Assembly: GCA_045863395.1 (NCBI GenBank)
Contig: BTVJ01000053.1
Location: 1 to 50,156, forward strand
Length of the DNA stretch: 50,156 nt
DNA from: Myxococcales bacterium
GTDB lineage: Bacteria > Myxococcota_A > UBA9042 > JABWCM01 > BTVJ01
Direction of reading: 5' to 3'
Shown here: piece by piece, positions 29,927 through 37,696 of the stretch
Numbering within the stretch: position 1 is the stretch's first letter
How the letters are laid out: each line of letters starts with the position of its first letter
The notes under the pieces: model-generated
Told to the model about the DNA's origin: nothing
What the model saw: the letters and a program-made list of their open reading frames with translations, nothing else
The model's database searches: none
Program-made: the position numbers and the translations under genes

Positions 29927-30355
29927 CGCCCGGGCCCTTGGCGCGGCCGACCGTGACTGCGGCTCGCCACGGCTCCTCGCTCCAGTGGTCACTTCTGCGT
30001 CCCCCCATCCGCCCCGAGTTCGGTCACCTCTCGTCACCAGCCCTCCCCGGGCGCCGCGGCTCCGGGTCTATTGGTCCTCGGCGCCAGGTCAAGGCCCCCC
30101 GGCACTCGACGCCGCTGCCAGACGCTCTGGTGTTCCCCGTTGGTCATGGTAGGATCCCACGGGGTCTCCCAAGTGCGGGCCGGAGTTCCCGTAGACGACC
30201 CCTGGCGCGCCCGCCATACGCAAGGCTGACCCGCGGATGATGACGATGCACCTCAGCCACCGACGCAAAGGACGGATGAGTTGGAAGAAGGACACCGCCG
30301 ACGTTCCTGGCAAGGTGCGCACCTACATCGTCGTGCACTACCGAGGTCGCTCCAG

Positions 30356-31420
30356 ATGAGCACAGGTCCGGCAACAGCGAGGGGCGAGCTTCGCGCCGTG
30401 GATCTCTTTTCGGGGTGTGGTGGGCTGACACTAGGTCTGAAGCGCGCCGGATTCAAGGTCATCGCGGCCGTCGAGTGCGAGGACGGTGCTGTGGAAGCCT
30501 ACATCCTCAACCATCCTGATGTCGCCAAGGTCTATGCTCAGGACATCCGCGAGGTCTCGGGGAAGCAGATCCTGGATGATGCCGGTCTCGCGGTGGGAGA
30601 GCTCGATCTCCTGGCAGGCTGTCCTCCGTGTCAGGGATTTTCGCGCGTAAACACGCTCAATGGCAAGCGCGGAGAGGATGACTCGAGGAACGACCTGGTC
30701 TACCAGTATCTCCGCCTCGTCGAGGAGTTGAACCCGCTCGCGCTTCTGATGGAGAACGTGCCGGCGCTCATGCAGGATGCCCGCTACGCGACGTTGCGGG
30801 CGCGGGTCTCGGAGCTTGGCTATCACGTCAGCGACGAGGTTCACGACGCCGCCGAGTACGGCGTGCCACAACGGAGGCGACGCCTGATCATGCTGGCAGC
30901 CAAAAACGCGTCGCCGCTGATTCCCGACAAGGTGCCGCAGAACGCCCGCACGACGGTTCGTACGGCTATCGCGTCGCTATCCGAGTCGGCCGGGACCAGC
31001 GGAGATCCTGCGCACGATGTCGCTGCCAAGCGACAGCCTCACGTCGAGGACCTGATCAGGCGCATTCCCCATGACGGAGGCAGCCGGAAAGATCTCGGCG
31101 CCGAGGCACAACTCGAATGTCACAGGAGGTGCGACGGCTTCTTCGACGTGTATGGCCGCATGAAGTGGGACGACGTGTCGCCGACGATCACCAGCGGTTT
31201 CCCAAGCCCTTCGAAGGGCCGGTTCCTACATCCGACCGAAGACCGCACCATCACTCCGCGCGAAGCCGGCCTGTTGCAGACGTTCCCCGATGACTACAAG
31301 TTCCCCATGCGGTTGGGGAAGTATCCAGTCGCGCAGATGATCGGGAACGCGTTGCCGCCGCGACTTGCTGAGGTCCATGCCTCAGCGATTGCAGAGGTGC
31401 TGCGGGCGCCACGCCAGTAG
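30356..31420 (+). CDS. dcm: DNA (cytosine-5)-methyltransferase
   Basis: Motif I DLFSGCGG, IV GCPPCQGFS, VI MENVP, VIII GVPQRRRR, IX REAGLLQTFP, X IGNALPP. Confidence 0.95.
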   Translation: MSTGPATARGELRAVDLFSGCGGLTLGLKRAGFKVIAAVECEDGAVEAYILNHPDVAKVYAQDIREVSGKQILDDAGLAVGELDLLAGCPPCQGFSRVNTLNGKRGEDDSRNDLVYQYLRLVEELNPLALLMENVPALMQDARYATLRARVSELGYHVSDEVHDAAEYGVPQRRRRLIMLAAKNASPLIPDKVPQNARTTVRTAIASLSESAGTSGDPAHDVAAKRQPHVEDLIRRIPHDGGSRKDLGAEAQLECHRRCDGFFDVYGRMKWDDVSPTITSGFPSPSKGRFLHPTEDRTITPREAGLLQTFPDDYKFPMRLGKYPVAQMIGNALPPRLAEVHASAIAEVLRAPRQ

Positions 31421-31424
31421 GCGG

Positions 31425-33098
31425 CTACTCAGTTTCCCGCTTCTTGTCTCGCTTCCTCTTGGACAGGAAGTCCACGCCGATGCGCGAGACGTGCCCTCCG
31501 ACGATGTGCGTGAGGCGCTCCGCATACGGTGCGCGGAGCTGGCAGACCACGATGCACCGCTGCTCCTGCAACGATAGGTCTCCTTGTCCGTCGAGGATGA
31601 CACGCTGCATGGAGACCGTGCCGTCCTTGACGCGCGCGAGGTTGCGCGCGAACACCTGCTCGACTCGCGGGTTCGGGTCGTTCGTGGAGGTGTTGAATAC
31701 GGCTGCTGCCCGGGGCATGGGCTTGTCCGAACTGTAGTCGTCGAAGAAGATGTAGCGACCCTGCTCGGCGGACCCAATGGCAGTTTCATTCTTCACGCTC
31801 ATATCGAGCTGGATGACTGTCATGGCGCGCGTGTCGCCGAGCGACGCTCCCCAGGGATCCACACTCTCCTTTCGCGCCCGCGGCACCATATCGCAGGCAG
31901 GGGTCACGCACACCCAGAACTGCTCGCCGTCCTCTGAGCGGAACACTGTTCCTGTGCGGAGATGGTGGCGATCATGCCTTTGCGAGCAGAGGAACGCGTT
32001 GACGTGAAGAAGGGTGTTGGTGTCCAGCTCATGCGGGGCCTTGGCCGCGGCCGAACTGACGGCCTCGAGGAGACGGTCGCCCATGGACGAAATCGCCGCA
32101 TCGATTCGACGATGAAGAAGGTCAGAGGCCACGTGACGACTTCTTCGCAATCTCTCCTCTTGCTCGGTCGCAGACGTCACATAGCCAATCAAGCCCTTCT
32201 GCAGGGAGTCGTTCGGGAGGTGGAGATCGTCGCGAAAGGCTCCTTCGTTACTCTCGTGCCGCGACCGCGCGATAAGGCACGCGAGCCAGGAGGGGTTCCA
32301 ATCTCTGATGGCGTTCTCGAGACCTGTCAGAAGCATGGTGGCATCGTCGGCGCCTCCTGAGTCTTGCCTCGGCTTTCCAACGACCGCGACGAAGAGGTTC
32401 CCGCATTGGAACCAGCGCTTGTCGTCTTTCGCATGGATCGCCTGCACGGACCTGGTCTCGGCGATGAGGGGCGCGCCATACGTTTTCTTGAGTTCTCGCT
32501 CGACCAGCGCACGCCCTCCCTCAACGTCGGGGTCGCCGGCCACGCCAGCGTTCCTCCACTCAGTCACGAAATCCCGCCTCCACCCATCCTTGCCGGCGAT
32601 GTGAGCAATCAGGGCGTCTTGCGACCAGTCAATCTTCTCCTGCAAATTCGCGACGTCGTCCGAGAGATCTCCTGTGCACAGGTCCTTGCTGACGCCTCGG
32701 GCGTGCGCAGCAAGGTGAAGTAACACGGCGTCCAGGCCGGTATCAGCCGTGTACACCACGACGAGGTTCGGAGATGGGCTGGATGCGAGCTGCTCGATCA
32801 CCCTCAAGGCGGGTGTTGGGTCGCCGGCTGAGAGATGATAGTCGAGCACCAGCAGGTCGCAGGACGCGAGCCGTCGGCATTGTTCCCTGGTCGTCCAGTC
32901 ACTTGCGTTGTCTACGTCGCAGAGCCAGCCCCGGTCGCGGCAAGCGGTCCAGAGCGCTCGAGCGCGGTCCTTCTCATCTCCCGAGTCGGGCTCTGCATAG
33001 GTCGGAAATTGGTCGTCCACGAACAGGACTGACCGGATGGGATCCACGTAGGCCAGAATGGGCAATTCAACGGCGCTCTCGGCGGCTTCACCCAGCAT
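31425..33098 (-). CDS. Atypical response-regulator receiver protein with uncharacterised C-terminal domain
   Basis: VLFVDDQF acidic pocket, LLVLDYHL (putative phospho-Asp), VVVYT. C-terminal TGTVF...VCVTPACDM...QLRxxYA...SRIG domain. Overlaps the kinase stop. Confidence 0.8.
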   Translation of the reverse strand: MLGEAAESAVELPILAYVDPIRSVLFVDDQFPTYAEPDSGDEKDRARALWTACRDRGWLCDVDNASDWTTREQCRRLASCDLLVLDYHLSAGDPTPALRVIEQLASSPSPNLVVVYTADTGLDAVLLHLAAHARGVSKDLCTGDLSDDVANLQEKIDWSQDALIAHIAGKDGWRRDFVTEWRNAGVAGDPDVEGGRALVERELKKTYGAPLIAETRSVQAIHAKDDKRWFQCGNLFVAVVGKPRQDSGGADDATMLLTGLENAIRDWNPSWLACLIARSRHESNEGAFRDDLHLPNDSLQKGLIGYVTSATEQEERLRRSRHVASDLLHRRIDAAISSMGDRLLEAVSSAAAKAPHELDTNTLLHVNAFLCSQRHDRHHLRTGTVFRSEDGEQFWVCVTPACDMVPRARKESVDPWGASLGDTRAMTVIQLDMSVKNETAIGSAEQGRYIFFDDYSSDKPMPRAAAVFNTSTNDPNPRVEQVFARNLARVKDGTVSMQRVILDGQGDLSLQEQRCIVVCQLRAPYAERLTHIVGGHVSRIGVDFLSKRKRDKKRETE

Positions 33099-36000
33099 CT
33101 TGGAGCTCCCGGAAGGTGAGAATGAAGTTGGCCCCTGGGAGGATTCGCTCGTTGGCGCTCGCGAGGCGAATCGCGTGACGGCCTTGCTCTAGAGCGAGAC
33201 GTGACAGGAACAACCCGACGCCGCGCCCGCCGACGCGGCGGGTGAAGAAGAGGTTGAACAGGTCCTCTTCGTCGTCTGGATCGATCCCAGGGCCAGAGTC
33301 GGCGATGTAGATGTCCGGGCCTCGCCGATCCAGGAGTATACTGCGCTCCTGTCGGTGGGTGACCCAATACAGGGCGTTGTTTACCAGATTGACGAACACG
33401 GGGAACACACGGTGCGGGTACTCCGTGACTGCCGTGGAGAGGAACGGCTCCGTGGAGTGGAGCACCACCTTACGTTCGACGAGTTGTCTCTCGAAGAATG
33501 ATCGCAGGTATCTGTCCAGTTCCTCTCCTGTGATGACTCGGCGGGTCCTTGGGCCGGACAGGCGCAACGGGGCAAGGAATTCGAGGCGGTGTACGAGCCA
33601 GCGGAACCCGTCGTCGGCGAGCTTGAAGGCAGGTGTCGTTCGGGCGCTCTGTGGAAGTCGAGCCAGGCTTCTGGAGACCTGACTCGCCGCCTCGTTCAGC
33701 TCGTGTCCTACGATCTCGACCGTGATCCCGAGTTGGGCGAGCTCCTGCCACTGCTCCACCTTGTCGGCGAGCGCAACCTTCCCGTCTATCGCAGAGGCGA
33801 ACGCGGCGTCGAGGTCGATTCCCTCGTGGAGAGCGTCCAGAGTTCGGAGGTATCCCTCGTAGTCGGGCGCGATCTCTTGGTAGATGTGCTCGCGCAAGGC
33901 CTCCATCTCGGCGAGCACCGCGCCAAGCTCCATCCGAGCATCAGCGAGTTCCTTCAGGAGAGGAGCGGCCTTCGGGTAGTAGCGTTGGTTGTCCAAAGTG
34001 ACGCGCGCCATCCACCGCTCCCGCTCCTTGTCGAGGTGGCGCTGGATGGCCGTGCGCCATCGTCCGGTTGCGTCGGTAATTCTCTTCTGGTGTCTCGCCA
34101 ACGCGGACCGTGCGACTTCCTCGGCGGACGCGGTCGTCTGCGCTTCAGTGCGCTCCGACCAGAGGCGACTTGCACGTTCCAGGAGGGCGGTGAAGCGCGC
34201 GTACTGGTCTCGATAGTCGCGGTACCTCTCCTCATCGGTAGCGGTCAGCTTCTTTGGTTTTGGCGGAAGCGCGAGGGCAGCGCGACGCTCCTGGAGTCTG
34301 TGGAGGCGTTCGGCTGTTCGATCCACGTCCAAGGGAGCAGGCGTGTCCTCGAGGATCTTCAGGAACTCGTTCGCCTCGTCGCAGGCGTCGATCAGCATCG
34401 GGCCGTTGTCCCGCATCGCGCGACGAATCGTAGACGTACGCCTCTTCTTGGCGTCAGCCTCTGCCTTCCGCGCTCGCTCATACCGCTCCTGGGTGACCGA
34501 CGTCTCCTCCTTTCGGAGGTCCGCGTCCGATCCGAAGTACCTCCTGGCGAGGGTCCGTAGCAGCTCAACCACCAACAGCTTGAACTCGCGCGCGGCCTGG
34601 TTGTCGATGATACCTTCCCGTCCCGCCTTGTCACGGAGGTGCGGGTTGTCGCGCCGGGTAAGTGCGACGGCGCCGAATGTACGTCGGCTCGCCCAAAACT
34701 CTCGACCCGCATGCATCCCGCGACGTTCCTCCATCCCAAAGAAGTCGTTCTCGGGGCGCCCGTAGGGCTGCACGCGCAGGCCGTCTCTGTACACCGCCAG
34801 TCCACCGAATTGCACTGCTCGCTCCCTCAGTACCCCGAGGACATCGCCGGTGTGCGTGCTGTTCTTCGCGTCCTGTTCGAAGGTACCGAAGGCGATGTCG
34901 AACGGCCCGACGAACCCAACTCCCTTGCGGGGTGGGGGGCGCGTCGGGTTGACCTGCACCTGGCCAAGGTCCTTGCCCCAGGCCCTCACGAGTCCAGTGA
35001 AGACACCGGATTCGTCGAATCGGCCCTCGACCCCATGCTCAAGCTCGCGCAGATCGTCGAGGCTGAAGGTCTCCTCGGTTGCGACGATGGTGGTCAGTAC
35101 CTCGCCCCGGTGCGCAGTAGCCGCGTATCGAAAGTCGAGGCGTGACGGTGCGTAGGGATTGCTGAAGCCGGTCAGGGTCCACTTCAGCTTTCTGCGGTTC
35201 TCCTGAACCTCTGGATCGTCCGTGGTTGCGTCTTGTTCCACCCAGACTCGGAGTTCGCGCACGGCGTCGAAGATGAACATGGCCGTTCCGCGGTCGGTCT
35301 CGCCGGTCCACGCAGGCCACGTGCGCAGGTGCTCCGCCTCCAAGTGCCCCTGCAGCGCCAGATTTGCGATGCTGTCAGCGGTAGGCACGTCGTCTCGCGC
35401 TCGCTCATCTTCTGAGAAGCGGTTCCACGCCTGCTCCAGACGCTCCTGGCGTGCGCGGTCGTCGCTGTTGCCCCACACGTTATCGATGAGGCCGTCGAAC
35501 AGGCTATCGATGACCTTGTCGAGGTGGGCTCGGTTGTCGAGGGTCTCGACGGGTATGCGGACGTCGTCCAGCGCGAGGTAGGGGTTCTGGAACAGCCTCC
35601 AATCGATCAGAGCGGCGATGATCGGGCCTGACGCCCGCTTGGTCAGCACGAGGACCGTGTTGCCCAGGTAGGCCACGGAGAGACGCCCAATGCCCTTCTG
35701 GCCCTGACGTGGACGGGGCGCGAGGCCGTCCCGATCACCCTGTGGAACGACATCGTCGATGACCTTGGCCTCTGTCCCGAGCATGAGCCAACGCTCGATG
35801 AACTCTGCCTCGGACATGCCGTGGCCGTCGTCGACCACAGCGGCGACTGGCGGGTTGCCAATGAAGATGTGGAGCTCGGCCCGTCGTGCGTAGGCATCGT
35901 ACGCGTTCTTCCAGAGCTCGCTTACCGCGGTCGGGCAGTCCGCTATCTGTTCTCGGCCAAGATGGTCGACCGTGCGAGCGCGAGCTCTAAAGGGGATGCG

Positions 36001-36156
36001 AGCCAAGTCAGGTGTCCATGCGGCGAGAGGTTCGGGGCGCTGGGAACCGTGAGAGCCTACGGCCGCAGCGGGGTGATCGCAAGGGGCCAGGTCGACTGAG
36101 CGGCACGGCGCCGCGCTGGCCGATCCGGCAGGAGGTGCGCACGAGCCCACCGACAT
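33088..36156 (-). CDS. MORC/MutL-like GHKL ATPase fused to a C-terminal histidine kinase
   Basis: N-terminal HLGREQI, SELWKNAYDA, DDGHGM, GQKGIGRL; S5-like YRDGLRVQPYG; coiled coil; C-terminal IVGHEL, NLVNNALYW, DSGPGI, FFTRR...GRGVGL. The real start may be the TTG at 36006. Confidence 0.88.
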   Translation of the reverse strand: MSVGSCAPPAGSASAAPCRSVDLAPCDHPAAAVGSHGSQRPEPLAAWTPDLARIPFRARARTVDHLGREQIADCPTAVSELWKNAYDAYARRAELHIFIGNPPVAAVVDDGHGMSEAEFIERWLMLGTEAKVIDDVVPQGDRDGLAPRPRQGQKGIGRLSVAYLGNTVLVLTKRASGPIIAALIDWRLFQNPYLALDDVRIPVETLDNRAHLDKVIDSLFDGLIDNVWGNSDDRARQERLEQAWNRFSEDERARDDVPTADSIANLALQGHLEAEHLRTWPAWTGETDRGTAMFIFDAVRELRVWVEQDATTDDPEVQENRRKLKWTLTGFSNPYAPSRLDFRYAATAHRGEVLTTIVATEETFSLDDLRELEHGVEGRFDESGVFTGLVRAWGKDLGQVQVNPTRPPPRKGVGFVGPFDIAFGTFEQDAKNSTHTGDVLGVLRERAVQFGGLAVYRDGLRVQPYGRPENDFFGMEERRGMHAGREFWASRRTFGAVALTRRDNPHLRDKAGREGIIDNQAAREFKLLVVELLRTLARRYFGSDADLRKEETSVTQERYERARKAEADAKKRRTSTIRRAMRDNGPMLIDACDEANEFLKILEDTPAPLDVDRTAERLHRLQERRAALALPPKPKKLTATDEERYRDYRDQYARFTALLERASRLWSERTEAQTTASAEEVARSALARHQKRITDATGRWRTAIQRHLDKERERWMARVTLDNQRYYPKAAPLLKELADARMELGAVLAEMEALREHIYQEIAPDYEGYLRTLDALHEGIDLDAAFASAIDGKVALADKVEQWQELAQLGITVEIVGHELNEAASQVSRSLARLPQSARTTPAFKLADDGFRWLVHRLEFLAPLRLSGPRTRRVITGEELDRYLRSFFERQLVERKVVLHSTEPFLSTAVTEYPHRVFPVFVNLVNNALYWVTHRQERSILLDRRGPDIYIADSGPGIDPDDEEDLFNLFFTRRVGGRGVGLFLSRLALEQGRHAIRLASANERILPGANFILTFRELQDAG

Positions 36157-36215
36157 CAGGCCGTGGTTGTCGTCTTCTTGACCGGTGCGCTAGACAAGGC
36201 GGCCGTCGGGCGGGA

Positions 36216-36548
36216 TCAGGCCGTGGTCGCCGCCTTCTTCTTCGGTCGCTTGCGCTCCGAGGTCCGAACGCCGCCGACCAGCTCGTACTCCGTTGAGTCC
36301 GGTCCGTACTTGCCCTTTGTGGCGGCGCGGATGCGCGTGACGAGGTTCGTGAGGTCCTTGTTGGCCGCCTTGCGGTCGTTCGACGCCTTGGTCAGCGCGG
36401 CCCGCGCCGACGTGGAGGCGTCGACGGCCTGGGAGCGCCGGGCCGCCGCCTGCGCGAACGCGTCCTTCGTGAGGCCGTCTCCGAGGGCGAGGTTGCCGCT
36501 GTCGAAGGCTTCGAGGATCTTCTTTACGGTGTCGTCGATGACTGCCAT
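36216..36548 (-). CDS. Small helical basic protein with YGPDSTEYELVGG...SERKRP motif
   Basis: ATG 36548 with a strong AGGAGG RBS. 110 aa, amphipathic helices, Lys/Arg-rich tail, GC-rich codon usage. Confidence 0.8.
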   Translation of the reverse strand: MAVIDDTVKKILEAFDSGNLALGDGLTKDAFAQAAARRSQAVDASTSARAALTKASNDRKAANKDLTNLVTRIRAATKGKYGPDSTEYELVGGVRTSERKRPKKKAATTA

Positions 36549-36654
36549 GGGGTGGTTCCTCCTGATGTGCGCGCCGGCCTCCACGGCGGCGGTCGCGGCA
36601 GACCCGCCACGGACCGCCCGAGAACCATGGAGCCCGATGCCATGGTGCGAGCGA

Positions 36655-36867
36655 GTGTGGATCGGGGCGGTGGAATGTGCAACAACCCGGGATGAAGTCA
36701 GTCACGGTAGGTCTGATGTCGATCCGGTCGTGATCATGCTTCAATCGGTATGCATCATAACTTGAACGTGCAGATCTGGTTTTTTGCTGTGCCTGGATCA
36801 AGTTGCGTCGATGCGAGAAGAACTTTACAGGGCAAGAGGAGAACTTGTTCGTGGCCAGAGATGGTTT
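36655..36867. repeat. AT-rich degenerate 21-nt-periodic tract
   Basis: Minus-strand units at 21-nt spacing begin aaacca/aagttc/aagttc/aacttg/aaaacc/agttat/aagcat/gacatc/gacttc/acattc. GC counted at 28/60 (36721-36780) and 29/60 (36781-36840). Confidence 0.5.
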
Positions 36868-37014
36868 CTTGGGGGTGCCCATGCATCGATGACGAGGGGG
36901 GACATCCAGGACCTCGGGGGGCTTGCGGCTGCGACAACCGTGGGTCTCGCGGCCCGGCGGTCACTTCTCCGACTCTGTCGGGCATGCCGACCCGGTGACG
37001 GTCCGCACCGGCGC

Positions 37015-37043
37015 TTGACACGTCCCGGGTCGCCCCCTAGGAT
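37015..37043 (+). promoter_or_regulatory. Sigma-70-type promoter
   Basis: TTGACA (37015-37020), 17-nt spacer, TAGGAT (37038-37043), upstream of the 37101 gene. Confidence 0.65.
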
Positions 37044-37100
37044 CGGGCCCCTCACAGGACGGCCTCCGTCCGTCAAGACACTCATCACAGCAGGTGGTCC

Positions 37101-37310
37101 ATGCAGCTCGAGACCTTCGACAAGCGCGTCGTGGAGCGGTTGATCCGCCAGGGAAAGATCACTCCGGCCGAGGTCCAGGAGCAGCTCGCGAAGCTGCCCG
37201 ACCTGACAGACCGCGCCATGCTCGCCACGTCCGACGAGGACCTGCTCAAGGGCATGGGCGACCTGAAGCTGCGGTCTGCGACCACGACGGAAGACGACAA
37301 CGAGGACTGA
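37101..37310 (+). CDS. Small hypothetical protein
   Basis: 69 aa (FDKRVVERLIRQGKIT...LAKLPDL) with an AGGTGG RBS, downstream of the promoter and 5 nt before DUF1844. Confidence 0.7.
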   Translation: MQLETFDKRVVERLIRQGKITPAEVQEQLAKLPDLTDRAMLATSDEDLLKGMGDLKLRSATTTEDDNED

Positions 37311-37315
37311 GCGCC

Positions 37316-37579
37316 ATGGTTGGTGATCCGGGCATCGACTTCGAGACCTTCGTGCTCTCCTTGTCCACGTCGGCCATGCTCCACCTGGGACAGATCCCCA
37401 ACCCGGACACGAACCAGCCGGAGCCCAACCTCCCGCTGGCGCGCCAGACCATCGACATCCTCGCGCTGCTCCAGGCCAAGACCAAGGGCAACCTCACCGA
37501 GAGGGAGGCGCGGGTCCTCGACGACCTGCTCTACGACCTCCGCATGCGCTTCCTCGAGGCGAGCAAGGCCGGCAAGTAG
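37316..37579 (+). CDS. DUF1844 family protein
   Basis: FETFVLSLSTSAMLHLG.IPNP...LPLARQTIDILALLQAKTKGNL..E...L...LYDLRMRF. Confidence 0.88.
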   Translation: MVGDPGIDFETFVLSLSTSAMLHLGQIPNPDTNQPEPNLPLARQTIDILALLQAKTKGNLTEREARVLDDLLYDLRMRFLEASKAGK

Positions 37580-37614
37580 GGCTCTTCGGAGTTCCCGCTC
37601 ACCGGCACGCCGGC

Positions 37615-37642
37615 TTGACGCTGCGGCGGTCGGAGCTAACTT
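37615..37642 (+). promoter_or_regulatory. Possible promoter for clpB
   Basis: TTGACG, 16-nt spacer, TAACTT, about 55 nt upstream of the clpB ATG. Confidence 0.35.
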
Positions 37643-37696
37643 GCGCCCGTCTCCGCCGGGCCCGCCGGCGAGCCCCCGCTGCCAGGAGCCGAGCCG

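Noticed and set aside
36155..36239. Diversity-generating retroelement TR/VR pair (all three mismatches are A versus G on the coding strand)
   Set aside because: The match is only 25 nt, transitions are the commonest substitution, and no reverse transcriptase or Avd gene is in the window.
36190..36882. 230-aa minus-strand ORF spanning the periodic tract
   Set aside because: It overlaps the better-supported 36216-36548 gene in another frame and has atypical composition, so it is not called as a CDS; the tract itself is reported as a finding.
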